A stretch of 64,000 bases of DNA from Planctomycetota bacterium (GTDB taxonomy: Bacteria; Planctomycetota; PLA2; JAEUHO01), in assembly GCA_965223505.1 (NCBI GenBank), contig CBDCWP010000021.1, positions 384,001 through 448,000 of the forward strand, given 5' to 3'. The notes beneath the pieces are model-generated. The model was not told the DNA's origin. It made no database searches and saw nothing but the letters and a program-made list of their open reading frames with translations. Positions 1 through 10,827 of the stretch are shown here, one piece after another; the first letter of the stretch is position 1; the number at the start of each line of letters is the position of its first letter. A program made the translations under genes and the position numbers.

Positions 1-413
1 AGCGTGCGGCCCTTCACGAGCTTCATCGTGAAGAAGAGCTCACCCTCGTCGTCGAGCCCCAGCTCGTGAACCGGCACGACGCCGGGATGGTCGAGCTGGG
101 CCGTGATCTGGGCCTCCTCGAGGAACCGCTGGACGATCGGTGTCGGCGTCGCCGCCTCCTCGGGGAACGTGTCGCCGAGAATCACCTTCATCGCAAGGTC
201 GCGGCGCAGCAGTTCGTCGCGCACGCGGAGGATCGCACCCATGCCGCCCCGCGCGATCTCACCCCGGCGGTGCAAGGAGCCTGTCGAGGAGGCCAGTTGC
301 TGTTGCAGCTCATCGAGTGACGACGTGAACCCGGTCGCGGAAGGGTCGCTAGAGCGGTCGTCGGGTCGGCCGTCGTCGCTGCCCTCCGCCTCTCGTCCGT
401 CGTGACTGCTCAT
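1..413 (-). CDS. Ser/Thr protein kinase, N-terminal part (runs off the window start)
   Basis: Hand translation from ATG 413: GEIARGGMGAILRVRDELLRRDLAMKV...RFLEEAQITAQLDHPGVVPVHELGLDDEGELFFTMKLVKGRT (Hanks subdomains I-V). Not in the ORF track. Confidence 0.9.
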   Translation of the reverse strand, partial: MSSHDGREAEGSDDGRPDDRSSDPSATGFTSSLDELQQQLASSTGSLHRRGEIARGGMGAILRVRDELLRRDLAMKVILGDTFPEEAATPTPIVQRFLEEAQITAQLDHPGVVPVHELGLDDEGELFFTMKLVKGRT

Positions 414-734
414 GGACGCAGTCTGCCGGACAGCAGGCCAACGGGCAACTCGCCATCCGAAGGGTCCGGGATTGCGCGTTCAACGCGCAGCGGCGCGAGG
501 AGGCGAGACCGAGACCGTGATCCTGTTCGACATTGGCGGGTTGGTAGTCCGCGAATATCGAACAGAATTTCCGGTCTCCGTATCTTCTCCGGCGAGGCCT
601 CCTCGCCGCAGCTCACCGCGCCTTGGCTCTCGCGTCCGCGACGACCTCGCGGACCCTCGCCCAGTGGGCCCGCAGCTCGCCTGCGAGCGGCTCGGGAAGC
701 CGCGCGAGACCCTCCTCGTCTCGCAGTCCAGCCA

Positions 735-3700
735 TCAAGGGCCCTCGAGCCAGATGATCATGATGCGCACGACCTCGTGCGGCGCCTCGTTCCGGCGCAT
801 CTCCAGCAGTTCGCGAAGCCACGCGAGACCCTGCGCCCCGACCTCTGCGCGGGCCTTGGCGTCGAGATCCCGGGCGTCATCGAGCCCCAGCACGGCACGC
901 GCGGCGGCGATGCACCCGCCGTAGTGGTTCTCGTATTTGGTGGGGTCCGCCGTGTACTCGCGGTCCGTCTCGAACGCGGCCTTCATCTGTTGCACGGCGG
1001 CGTGCGGCCACTCGCGGCGGGCGCCGACGAGCGCCGCGTCGACCATCTCTTCGGCGCCACGTGCCTGGACGTGCCCCTCCAGGATCGCGATCAGTCGGGG
1101 CTCCGCTTTCGCGCGACGTTCGATCTTCTCCCAGAGCTCGACCAGCTGGGGATGCAGTACCGCCTCCGTAAGCCCAAGCCCCCGTAGGCGCTCGATGCAC
1201 TGGGCCGCCTCGATGTTCCTTCCCTGGAAGAACAGCGCAAACATGAGCTGAAGCCACGCGTCGATCGAGCGGTCGTTGATCCGCGTGGCAGTGCGAAGCT
1301 CTGCGATGCCTTCATCGAGGAACCGCAGCGCGGCCAGGGCCGCGCCGAGAGCGGCGTGCGTCTCCGCGTGTTGCGGTCCGCGGCGCACCGCCTCCCGGGC
1401 GACCTCGATCGCCTCGATCTGGCGCCCCATGGCCGCCATGGTGCGCGTCAGGCTGAGATGGCTCCACGGGGCGGTGGGGTCGAGCTCGACGGCTCGGAGC
1501 GCGGTCTCGTACGCCTTTTTCGTGTCGTTGAGCCACCCGTACGCGGTGCTCGCCATCCATTGGATCTGCGCGACGTCCGGCCCGAGCCGAAGTGCCTCCT
1601 CGACCTGCGCCATTGCCTCTTCTGAGCGGCCTCGTTGCAGCAGGATGAGGCCTCGCTGGGCGCGCACCCATGCGGAGTTCGGCGCGATTCGGACCGCCGC
1701 CTCCGAAGCGGCCTCCGCATCCTCCCCTCGGCCCTGGAGCAGAAGGGCCATTGCGAGCTGCACGTGGAGGATGGCGTCCTCGGGCCACCTTCGGATGCCC
1801 TCGCGGAAGACCGCCTCGGCGCGAGCGGCCTCGCTGACGTTGATCAGCTCCTGCCCCGCCTCGGAGACCGCGACGGGGGAGTCGGGGCGAAGAGCGAGCA
1901 CCGCCATGTAGAAGCTGGCGGAGTCAAGCGGATGCCCCGACTGGTGCAGCGCGCGAGCGAAGTGGAGGCAGATGAGGAAGTCGCGGGGATGGCGGCGGTG
2001 GGCCCGCTCGAGCATCTCGGCCGCCTCGGGGTACGCGCCGACGTTGCGGAGGCCGCTGCCGAGGAGCTGGAGCGTCACGACCGGGAGGTCGAGAAGGTCC
2101 TCTGAAGAGGCGAGGGTCTTCAGGATCTCGGCATCCCTCTCGAGGATGGCGAGGCGGATCCGGTTGCGCTTGGGATCCCCGTCGAGGAGGTCGGCGATGC
2201 GGGAGAGCCGCTCGGCCCCGTCGGCCTCGCCGAGCTCGCTCCGCACGACGACCCAGCCGTCGAGCGCAGCGGCCAACTCCGTCGAGATGCCTCGTGCGCG
2301 GAGCAACTCGGCGGCCTCGGCCGCAGTGCCCTTGTCGACGTCGATCCCCTGGACCTCGAAGGCTCTCGCGCATGCGCGGTTCGTGGCCGACCAGTCCGTG
2401 GGATAGCGAGCGTCGCCCTCGGAGGGGCGGGCCGCCTCGAGCGACTCGAGCAGGCGCCGGTTGTCCGCTCGCAGCTTCACCTCCCGAGCCGCTGCTTCGG
2501 CCTCGCGCGCGACGTTCGCGCGCTCGCTCGCCGCCCGTCGGCGGACGTCCTCCGGAGCCTCCGCTGCCAGCTCCTCGGCGCGCGTCGCCGCGCCGAGTGC
2601 TTCGGGCCAGCGCTCCTGGCCGCGGTGAAGCGTTGCCTCCCTCAGCGCCTCGTCCACCTTGGCCGTGATGCGGTTCTCCCGATTCTGTTGGCGTTGGTCC
2701 AGCCACCACCACGCGCCGCCTGCCCCGACGACCGCCAGCAGGACCACGGCTGCGAGCAAGGCGGTGAGGCGGCGCGCCTTGCGCTCCTCGGCCGCCTTCA
2801 CCTCGGCCTCGGCCGCTTCGATCCTCGCCTCCTGCACGCGATCCTCGACCGAGGTGAGGTACTTCCCGATCCGCTTCGCGACCAGGCCGGCATGTGCGGG
2901 TCGAGCGGTCGGCGCCGGAGAGAGACACTCGGCGGCGAGGTCGATCAGCTCGCGATCGGCGCCGCTGGCCTCGAGGCGGTCGATCGCCTCCTGCACCTCT
3001 CCGCGAGCGGATTTCTGCAGGACCTCCGCGCCGTCGCCGGCGTAGGTGGGCTGGCCCGTCAGGATCGCGCACAGCACGCCGCCGAGGGCAAACACGTCGC
3101 TGCGCTCGTCCACGGCTTCGAGATCGCCTCGCGCCTGCTCGGGCGGCATGTAGCGAGGCGTGCCGAGCACGGAGCCGACCATCGACGCCGATGCGTCGTC
3201 GTCGCTTCGAACGGTCTCGACGATGGTGCGGTCGACCTCGATCGAAGCACGTTTCTCGTCCGCGACGCCGCCGTGCTTCAAGACCTTGCCCATGCCCCAG
3301 TCCACGACGACGACCTCGCCGAACGCGCCGACCATCACGTTGCTCGGCTTGAGGTCGCGGTGAATGACGCCGCGGGCATGTGCATAGCCGACCGTCTGGC
3401 AGACGGACTCGAAGATCGAGAGGTACCGACGACGGCCCTTCGTGATGTCGTCTCGTTCCCCGAGGAGGGCCGCGAGAGTCTTCCCCTTCACGAGCTTCAT
3501 CGTGAAGTAGGGGCGGCTGTCCGCTTTCAGTCCAATTTCGTAGACGGGGACGATTCCCGGGTGTTGGAGCTGGCCGCCGATCTGCGCCTCCTCCACGAAG
3601 CGCTGGACGATCTGGGGATGGTCCGAGTACTCGTCGCGAATCACCTTCATCGCGACGTCGCGGCCCAGATCGACGTCGTGGCCCTTCATGACGATCCCGA

Positions 3701-3890
3701 CGCCGCCACGAGCGATCTCACCGATCACACGGTAGCGCCCCTCCCTCGCTTCTTCGGAGCCCGGGTTGCCGACGCGAACCATGTGGGACGTGTCGCCTTC
3801 CTCGGCTTCCTTGAGAGTCAAGGGGATCAGGTCGGGGCCCGTGCCCTTCAGCTTGGCCAGGATGCTCGGATCGTCCGTTTTCATCGGCAA
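735..3890 (-). CDS. Ser/Thr kinase with hydrophobic helix and TPR repeats; C-terminal ~40 aa appear frameshifted
   Basis: [21 protein letters not shown] and GTPRYMPPEQ motifs; hydrophobic segment LLAAVVLLAVVGAGGAWWW; TPR-like repeats. A plausible C-terminal tail continues in another frame to 613. Confidence 0.92.
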   Translation of the reverse strand: MPMKTDDPSILAKLKGTGPDLIPLTLKEAEEGDTSHMVRVGNPGSEEAREGRYRVIGEIARGGVGIVMKGHDVDLGRDVAMKVIRDEYSDHPQIVQRFVEEAQIGGQLQHPGIVPVYEIGLKADSRPYFTMKLVKGKTLAALLGERDDITKGRRRYLSIFESVCQTVGYAHARGVIHRDLKPSNVMVGAFGEVVVVDWGMGKVLKHGGVADEKRASIEVDRTIVETVRSDDDASASMVGSVLGTPRYMPPEQARGDLEAVDERSDVFALGGVLCAILTGQPTYAGDGAEVLQKSARGEVQEAIDRLEASGADRELIDLAAECLSPAPTARPAHAGLVAKRIGKYLTSVEDRVQEARIEAAEAEVKAAEERKARRLTALLAAVVLLAVVGAGGAWWWLDQRQQNRENRITAKVDEALREATLHRGQERWPEALGAATRAEELAAEAPEDVRRRAASERANVAREAEAAAREVKLRADNRRLLESLEAARPSEGDARYPTDWSATNRACARAFEVQGIDVDKGTAAEAAELLRARGISTELAAALDGWVVVRSELGEADGAERLSRIADLLDGDPKRNRIRLAILERDAEILKTLASSEDLLDLPVVTLQLLGSGLRNVGAYPEAAEMLERAHRRHPRDFLICLHFARALHQSGHPLDSASFYMAVLALRPDSPVAVSEAGQELINVSEAARAEAVFREGIRRWPEDAILHVQLAMALLLQGRGEDAEAASEAAVRIAPNSAWVRAQRGLILLQRGRSEEAMAQVEEALRLGPDVAQIQWMASTAYGWLNDTKKAYETALRAVELDPTAPWSHLSLTRTMAAMGRQIEAIEVAREAVRRGPQHAETHAALGAALAALRFLDEGIAELRTATRINDRSIDAWLQLMFALFFQGRNIEAAQCIERLRGLGLTEAVLHPQLVELWEKIERRAKAEPRLIAILEGHVQARGAEEMVDAALVGARREWPHAAVQQMKAAFETDREYTADPTKYENHYGGCIAAARAVLGLDDARDLDAKARAEVGAQGLAWLRELLEMRRNEAPHEVVRIMIIWLEGP

Positions 3891-4080
3891 CTCCCCCTCT
3901 CAGTCGTCGGGGTACGCGTCCACCGTCAACCGAAGCACCGGGATCGAGGGTAGCGGGAAGCCGATCGCGGCGCACGGTGTGTGTCTCCGCCGCGCGTCCA
4001 CCCGGGTTTTCACGCTTTTCTTCGTCAAGAGCAAGGGCTGACCGGGAAGGGGGAACCGGCCCGACGAGGTCGCCAAGCAG

Positions 4081-4251
4081 GCGGTTCGCGAAGGACGGGC
4101 GCTTCCAACCGGTCGTCTGGCCGTCGGAGGCCGAGTTCGAGCGGTGCTTCCAGCGGAACTTCCTCGACGACATGGTGCGAGCGAAGCGCCTGCGCCCCGA
4201 GACACGGGAGCACCTCCTGGGCTCGCGGCACTCGGGCTTCTCGGTCAAGGG
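4081..4251 (+). pseudogene. IS91-family (Y2) transposase remnant
   Basis: Segment RFAKDGRFQPVVWPSEAEFERCFQRNFLDDMVRAKRLRPETREHLLGSRHSGFSV resembles the LLSWRHSGFSV region of IS91-like transposases (recognised from memory). No full gene or element ends. Confidence 0.55.
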
Positions 4252-5014
4252 TGCATGCACCTCGTGCGCTACTACGGTGCCTAGCCTACGCTCGGCAACT
4301 ACACGACCAGGGCGATCTACCAGCGGGCGGATTCGAGACCCAGTTCACGTTCGCCCAGGCGCTTCGCCTGATCCACCTTCAGCCCGCCGTAATCCCTCTC
4401 CCTCCGCCAAACTTTTGCACCATTGTCGCACTTCGAGCCTTCCAGGTTGGGCATCGCCCTCGCGGCAAGCGCGACCACGGATCACGAGACGCGACGTCGG
4501 AGAACGTCGCCTGATGCGCCAGTGGTGCGCAAGCCAGGTCGCCAGCCGACGCGAGAACGCACGGCGGCCAATCTGCGGTCGGGCCGGGTCCTTGATGTCG
4601 ACGGACGACGGCGAGGAGGACACGCTCGGACGCACTGAACCCGCTGAGGTCGTTGCCCGATCGTTCCAGGGAGCGATCCCGATGGGATGTGTGCAGGCCG
4701 GCAGGTCGAGCCGGGAACGCAGGGCGAAGACCGTCGCAAGGAGTAGGCAGTCCCGGTCAACTGCGATGACCCTCGCTCACCTTTGATCATCCGCGCGCGC
4801 GGGCCAAGAACGTGACCGGGGAGAGCGCGAAGCAAACGCCGCACGTCCCGTCCCATCCCGGACGAAATTCCGGAATTCCTCGTCAGAACGATGCCCGACC
4901 GGGGAGAGGGAGTAGGCGGCTCGTCGGCGCCTCGCGGTCGAGGAACCGCCGGCGAGCCATGGCATCGGCCTCGGCGGGCAGTACGCCCCGCGAGAGGCCA
5001 ACACGGGAGACAAC

Positions 5015-6235
5015 ATGCTGAAGACTCATTGGGTCGTTCTGGTGCTCTTGGCGACGGCGGCGATGCTCGGAGCGACGACCACGACGGCATCCGCCGCGGG
5101 GCCGACGTTCGGCGACACGCTGACGGCCAATACGAAGCTGGACGGCAACCTCAGCGGCTCGGGGACAGGCCTGATCGTCGGCGCCGACGGCATCACGATC
5201 GATCTCGGCGGCTACACGCTGACCCAGACAGCCGGTGCCGGGTGGGGAATCGACAACACCGGCGGCTACGACGACGTCACGATTCGCAACGGCAGCATCG
5301 TGGGGTTCGACGAGGGCGTCCGCGCGATCGGCGCCGATGGCCTGACGCTGCGCGATCTGACGATCGACGGCGCGAGCGGCTCCGGCGCGACCACCGGTGC
5401 GGTGCACGCGTTCGACAGCACGGACGTGACGATTCTGGACTGCTCGATTCTCGTGGTCGCCGGCAACTTCGGGCCACACTGCATCCGTCTGGACAGCGTG
5501 ACCGACGCGAACGTCCGCAGCTGCAGCATCGCCGGCGGGTTCATCGGCGTGAGCTTCGCGAGCATCGGTTTCGCAGGGTCGCCGTCCTCAGGATCCGTCC
5601 AAGACTGCGTGGTGGACACCTGCTTCATCGGCGTGCTCATGGGCAGCGCGACGGACGTCAAGGTGCTCGACAACGTGGTGAAGAACGGCAACGACTTCCC
5701 GGTGTTCGGGAGCCAGGGGATCCGCGTCGGGTTCACAGGTGCAAGCGGGAAGGTCAAGATCAGCGGAAACGAGGTCTTCGGGAATTTCCGGGGCATCCTC
5801 GGCTCGGCCGTCACGGCGACCGTGGCCGACATCACGGACAACGAGGTGTACGACAACACCCTCGGCGGCATCCAGCTGTTCGGTGGGAGCGAGTGCAAGA
5901 TCGCGGACAACGACGTCCACGACAACGCCTTCTTCGGCATCAGCCTCGCCGTGGGGACCAGCGACTGCCACGTCGCCGACAACGATGTTGCAGACAACGG
6001 TCGGCGCGGCATCGTCCTGACCGGGTTCTCGAACGACAACCGGATCACGGGCAACACGGTCACCGGCAACGGCGTCGAGGGCATCACGCTCTTCCAGAAC
6101 GCCAACGTCGGCAACTGGATCTCCGACAACACTGCGTTGGCCAACGGGGTCTACGACCTCTTCCACAACGCGGCGAGCACGCCCAACACGTGGAAGGACA
6201 ACGAATTCGACACCAGCTCGGGCGCGGACATCTAG
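5015..6235 (+). CDS. Secreted right-handed parallel beta-helix (NosD/pectin-lyase-like) protein
   Basis: Signal peptide ending ASA; ITIDLGGYTL motif; repeated I.DN.V.DN...GI.L units; GGGAGA RBS. Confidence 0.88.
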   Translation: MLKTHWVVLVLLATAAMLGATTTTASAAGPTFGDTLTANTKLDGNLSGSGTGLIVGADGITIDLGGYTLTQTAGAGWGIDNTGGYDDVTIRNGSIVGFDEGVRAIGADGLTLRDLTIDGASGSGATTGAVHAFDSTDVTILDCSILVVAGNFGPHCIRLDSVTDANVRSCSIAGGFIGVSFASIGFAGSPSSGSVQDCVVDTCFIGVLMGSATDVKVLDNVVKNGNDFPVFGSQGIRVGFTGASGKVKISGNEVFGNFRGILGSAVTATVADITDNEVYDNTLGGIQLFGGSECKIADNDVHDNAFFGISLAVGTSDCHVADNDVADNGRRGIVLTGFSNDNRITGNTVTGNGVEGITLFQNANVGNWISDNTALANGVYDLFHNAASTPNTWKDNEFDTSSGADI

Positions 6236-6301
6236 CGCTTCCCTGCGGGCGGAGCGGGCACCGGTCCGCTCCGTCCGCCCCGTCCCGGCACGCGGGAAGC
6301 G
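6236..6301 (+). terminator. GC-rich stem-loop after the beta-helix gene
   Basis: GCGGGCGGAGCGGGC pairs with GTCCGCTCCGTCCGC, enclosed by CGCTTCCC/GGGAAGCG; no U-tract. Confidence 0.35.
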
Positions 6302-6322
6302 GCGATGGGCTAGACTCCCACC

Positions 6323-6985
6323 GTGCACGATACGACGTGGTGGACGGTGATCCGTGGTGCGGCCGAAGGGCGCGATGGCGCACGCACCGAGTTCGTCAAG
6401 CGCTACGAGCGCGTCATCCGCACCTATCTACGAGCCCGCTGGCGCGTCGGGCCGCTGCGATCCGAGATCGATGATGCGGCGCAGGAGGTGTTCATCGACT
6501 GCTTCAAGCCCGGCGGCGCGCTTTCAAGGGCGGACCCCACCCGCGCCGGTGGCTTCCGCGCGTACCTCTACGGCGTGGTGCGCAACGTCGCGCGTCGACA
6601 CGAGACGAAGAGGGCGCGCCGACGTGATGTCTCCCCGGTGGACGGCTTCGACATCGAGTCCGACGAGGAGTCGCTCGGGCGCGTCTTCGACCGCGCATGG
6701 GCGCGCGCGGTGCTCAAGCAGGCGGCCGCGTTCCAGGCGGACCGGAGTACCTCTCTGGGACCCGAGGCCGAGCAGCGCGTCGCGCTGCTCAAGCTCCGCT
6801 TCCAGGAAGGTCGCCCCATGCGCGACATCGCGACGGCGTGGCAGATGGACCGACGCAAGTTGCAATACGAATACGACAAGGCGCGCGCGGAGTTCACCGC
6901 GGCCCTCGACCAGGTGCTGAGGGAGCTGTACCCCGAGAGAGCCGTACGCTCCGAGCGCGAACGTCTTCTGGAGCACTTCCGATGA
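6323..6985 (+). CDS. ECF RNA polymerase sigma-70 factor
   Basis: T.W..I..A start, DDAAQEVF and GGFRAYLYGVVRN (region 2), region 4 HTH; stop overlaps the kinase start (ATGA). Confidence 0.9.
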   Translation: MHDTTWWTVIRGAAEGRDGARTEFVKRYERVIRTYLRARWRVGPLRSEIDDAAQEVFIDCFKPGGALSRADPTRAGGFRAYLYGVVRNVARRHETKRARRRDVSPVDGFDIESDEESLGRVFDRAWARAVLKQAAAFQADRSTSLGPEAEQRVALLKLRFQEGRPMRDIATAWQMDRRKLQYEYDKARAEFTAALDQVLRELYPERAVRSERERLLEHFR

Positions 6986-9900
6986 CGCAGGACCAAGACG
7001 CGGGACCGCAGGATCACGAGGGGCGCGACGAACTCGATGCCGCGCTCGCCGAGGCGTTCGGACGCGACGACGATAGCAGCGGCGCGAGCATCCTCGATCG
7101 TCTGGCCGCGCAAGCCCACGTTGCGCCTCGGATCCGGCTCCGGGAGGCCCCATCGGGTCCGGCCACGTCCGCCAGCGACGGGGGCGATGTGACACGGAAC
7201 CGGGGCAAGTACCGCATCCACGGCGAGGTGGCTCGCGGCGGGGTCGGCGTCGTCCTCAAGGGGTACGACGCGGACCTTGGTCGCGACGTCGCAATGAAGT
7301 TGCTGCACACCCAGCACCAGGACAACGGGGAGATGATCGAGCGCTTCGTCGAGGAGGCGCAGATCGGCGCGCAGCTGCAGCACCCGGGCATCGTGCCCGT
7401 TTACGACCTCGGCCTCGACGAGGACCGTCCCTTCTTCACGATGAAGCTGATCCGGGGACGGACGCTGTCCTCGGTACTGCGAGAACGACCGAGCGTGGAG
7501 CGCGGGCAGCGCCGCTTCGTCGGCATCTTCGAGCAGATCTGCCAGACGGTGGCCTACGCGCATGCGCGCGGTGTGATCCACCGCGATCTCAAGCCGAGCA
7601 ACGTCATGGTCGGTGCGTTCGGCGAGGTACAGATCGTCGACTGGGGGCTCGGCAAGGTCCTGCTGGGGGGCGACGACAAGCCGCGCGCCCGGCGGGAGAC
7701 CAAGGAAGGGTCGGTCGCGACCGTGCGCACGCAAGTTGAGGGATCGAGCTCCGCGGTCGGTTCGGCCATGGGCACGCCCGGCTACATGCCCCCAGAGCAG
7801 GCGCTCGGCGCGACCGAGGACATGGACGAGCGCGCCGACGTGTTCTCTCTCGGTGCGATCCTGGCCGAGATCCTGACGGGCCAGCCGCCGTATGCCGCAC
7901 CGGAACCCATGGAACGGCTGCGGATGGCCCGCAACGCCGAGCTCGATGAGTGCATGGCGCGCCTGGACGCCTGCGGCGCCGACGCCGAGCTCGTCGAGCT
8001 CGCGCGCGACTGCCTCGCGCCGGCACGCAACCTCCGACCCCGCCACGCGAAGGAGGTCGCCGACAGGGTCCTCGCACATCTTGAGTCGATCGAGGAACGC
8101 AAGCGCGCCGCCGAGCTGGCGGCGACGGAGCAGCGCATCGTCGCCGACGAGGAGCGCAAGCGCCGCAAGCTGACGGTGGGTCTCGCGGCGGTGATTCTGA
8201 CGGGCGTTCTAGGCGGTGGCTGGCTCGCCAAAGACCGGCTCGACCGACAGCAACGCGACGTGCTCACGGCGAAGGACCGCATCGCGCGCCTGACGACGCT
8301 CGCGGCAGAGGCCCGTGCCTCGGGCAGCTTGGCCGCCTGGGAAGCCGCCGCGGAGGCCGCCACCGGCACGGGCGATCTGCTCGAGCGCCTCGACGTCGCC
8401 CCGGACATCCGCGCGCAGGCCGGCGTCGTGGTCGCCGACATCACAGCCGGCAGGGAAGCCGCCATCGCAGCCGACGCCACCCAGCGGCTCGAGGCACGGA
8501 CCGCCGCCGCTCTCGAGACGATCCGTGCGCGCATCGGAGGCGGCTACGCGCTTGCCGAGGTGGAGGCCCGGTTCCGCGCCGCCTTCGAGGGGCTGGGTCT
8601 CGACGTCGAACACACGGCCGAGGCCGACTGCGCCGAGCGCATCGAGGCGAGCGGCATCCGGGGTGAGCTCTGCGACGCCCTGGACGAGTGGGCCGAGGCC
8701 TGCGTGCGCATGACCGGTGACGGTGCGGAGCGTGCGGCACGCTTCGCACGCATCGCCGACCTCTCCGACTCGGAGCCGCTGCGCCGGCAGCTGCGCGCAG
8801 CACGCGGGGACGCGGCCGCCGTCAAGGCGCTCGTGAACCAGTCGGATCCCGTGGTCCTCAGTCCCGGCTCGGTCGTTCAGCTCGCGGGTGCGTTGGCCGC
8901 GACGGCGGGCCTCGATGAGGCACTCGCCTACATGCGCCGAGCTCAACTTCAGCACCCGGAGGACTTCTGGATCAACTTCCGACTGGGGCGCTGGCTCTCC
9001 GATGCGGGCAAGCAGGCCGACCTGCAGGAGGCCGTTGGGTTCCTGCGGGCCGCCATCGCGGCGCAGCCGGAAAACCCCGTCCCCCACCACGTCCTCGGCA
9101 TCGTGCATCAGCGCCAGCGGGCCTGGGACGAGGCGCTGGCCGCGCTCGAGCTTGCGTTCGCGCTGGAGCCGGAGAATCGCATCCTGAATGCACAGCTGTA
9201 CGAGATTCGCGAGAAGCTCGGCCTGTTGGATCGCACCCTGGCCGACCTGCAGCAGCAGGAGGAGACCGCCCTGACGGCCTGGCGCATCGGCGTGGTGTAT
9301 CGCATCCGGCGCCAGTTCGCCGACGCCGCGAAGCAGTTCCGCCGGGCGACCGAACTGGACGACACGTTCGTTCAGGCATGGCGAGGCCTCGGATTCAGTC
9401 TTCGAAGGCGCGGCCAGCTGAAGGAAGCGTCCGTTGCACTGGCGCGGGCCACGGATCTGGCGCCCGAGAATGCCCATGTCTGGTTGATCCTGGGTGAGAC
9501 CTACGGCGGCCAGCAGCGGTGGGACGAAGCGATCGAGGCGTACGAGCGTGCCGTGCAGGCCGAGCCGACGTGGCCGTGGTTCCGCCTGCGTCTGGCGACC
9601 GTTCTCGTCCGATCGGGCAGGAATCCGAGCGCCGCGCTTGCCCAGTACGAGGAGATGCGCCGCCTGCATCCCGACGCCGAGGGCATGATCGACCTCGAGA
9701 ACGGCCTCGCAAGCGTGCTGAAGGACGCCGGCCGGGACGACGACGCGCGTGCGATCGCCACCCGTTCGATCGGACGCTGCGAGAACCGGCTCAACGACCC
9801 GACGCAGAGCGACGAGCAACGGGCGTCGCTCTGGGAGCTCATCGGGAGCCTGCGGATGAACGTCCTGCAGGACTACCGCGGCGGCGCGGACGCGATGGAG

Positions 9901-10827
9901 CGATCCCTCGGCGTCATCCGGACCCGCGCGCGAGCCCGCATCGGCTACGGCGTGGCGCAGTCGTACCTCGGCGACCTCGAAGGCGCGGAGAGCGTGTTCG
10001 ACGCCGTGGTCGAGGAGCACCCCAAGTTCGCTCTCGCGCGGCGGTGGCTCGCCGACACGCTGGTCGCGCGCGGAAAGCTCGCCGCTGCGATCGAGCACTA
10101 CCGGGCGTACGTGAAATTGGTGTCGGACGCGGATGCGGTCGTCCCCCATCTCCGCCTGGGGATGTTGCTCCTGTCGGTCGGCCGAGCCGATGATGCCGTC
10201 GAGCATCTCGAGGCACATCACCGCCTCGCGTACGGCTCGGAGGGCACAACGGCATCCTCGGCCGCGTGGCAGCGGGATATCGAGACGCTGAAGCGCCTGG
10301 CTACCGACACGTCCGACATCCTCGCGGGCAAGCGCGAGATCGAGGCGAGCGAACAAGTGCTCCTCGGGATGCTGCTGCACGAGTCGAACCGTACGCCGGA
10401 CGCTGCGCGCATCTACCGCGAGGCCCTCGACGCGGACCCGGACCTCGTGGCACGCACGCTGTACGGGTCGACGGCGTGGCGTGTCGGGGCGCTCGCCGCG
10501 CAGGCCGCCGCGCAAGCCGCGTCCGGCAGGGGTCGGGCACCGGGCACGGTCAACGCGGAGGAGGCCGCGCGCCTGCACGCCGAAGCGCGCACCCGTCTGC
10601 GCGCGGAGCTCCAGTGGGCGACGGATGAGCTTGAGGCCCACGGCAGGGAGTCGGCGGCTCACATCGTCACCACACTCCTCGCCTGGCGCAACGGCTTCGC
10701 GAGCGCGTGCTTCGGCGCCGCAGCGGACGCGATGACGCTGGAGGACCGTCAGGCCTGGGACGCACTCTGGCAGGACGTAACCGCCCTCCTACGACACGCC
10801 CATGAGGTGGCACAACCGACCCGATAG
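6982..10827 (+). CDS. Ser/Thr kinase with hydrophobic helix and TPR repeats
   Basis: Start moved to ATG 6982 (ATGA overlap). [18 protein letters not shown] and GTPGYMPPEQ motifs; paralogous to 735-3890. Confidence 0.92.
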   Translation: MTQDQDAGPQDHEGRDELDAALAEAFGRDDDSSGASILDRLAAQAHVAPRIRLREAPSGPATSASDGGDVTRNRGKYRIHGEVARGGVGVVLKGYDADLGRDVAMKLLHTQHQDNGEMIERFVEEAQIGAQLQHPGIVPVYDLGLDEDRPFFTMKLIRGRTLSSVLRERPSVERGQRRFVGIFEQICQTVAYAHARGVIHRDLKPSNVMVGAFGEVQIVDWGLGKVLLGGDDKPRARRETKEGSVATVRTQVEGSSSAVGSAMGTPGYMPPEQALGATEDMDERADVFSLGAILAEILTGQPPYAAPEPMERLRMARNAELDECMARLDACGADAELVELARDCLAPARNLRPRHAKEVADRVLAHLESIEERKRAAELAATEQRIVADEERKRRKLTVGLAAVILTGVLGGGWLAKDRLDRQQRDVLTAKDRIARLTTLAAEARASGSLAAWEAAAEAATGTGDLLERLDVAPDIRAQAGVVVADITAGREAAIAADATQRLEARTAAALETIRARIGGGYALAEVEARFRAAFEGLGLDVEHTAEADCAERIEASGIRGELCDALDEWAEACVRMTGDGAERAARFARIADLSDSEPLRRQLRAARGDAAAVKALVNQSDPVVLSPGSVVQLAGALAATAGLDEALAYMRRAQLQHPEDFWINFRLGRWLSDAGKQADLQEAVGFLRAAIAAQPENPVPHHVLGIVHQRQRAWDEALAALELAFALEPENRILNAQLYEIREKLGLLDRTLADLQQQEETALTAWRIGVVYRIRRQFADAAKQFRRATELDDTFVQAWRGLGFSLRRRGQLKEASVALARATDLAPENAHVWLILGETYGGQQRWDEAIEAYERAVQAEPTWPWFRLRLATVLVRSGRNPSAALAQYEEMRRLHPDAEGMIDLENGLASVLKDAGRDDDARAIATRSIGRCENRLNDPTQSDEQRASLWELIGSLRMNVLQDYRGGADAMERSLGVIRTRARARIGYGVAQSYLGDLEGAESVFDAVVEEHPKFALARRWLADTLVARGKLAAAIEHYRAYVKLVSDADAVVPHLRLGMLLLSVGRADDAVEHLEAHHRLAYGSEGTTASSAAWQRDIETLKRLATDTSDILAGKREIEASEQVLLGMLLHESNRTPDAARIYREALDADPDLVARTLYGSTAWRVGALAAQAAAQAASGRGRAPGTVNAEEAARLHAEARTRLRAELQWATDELEAHGRESAAHIVTTLLAWRNGFASACFGAAADAMTLEDRQAWDALWQDVTALLRHAHEVAQPTR

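Noticed and set aside
735..737. Kinase TGA as selenocysteine
   Set aside because: The protein-like continuation is in a different frame, so this is a frameshift and not readthrough.
6697..6981. N-terminal extension of the 1376-aa kinase ORF
   Set aside because: It overlaps the sigma gene out of frame, and the ATGA coupling points to a start at 6982.
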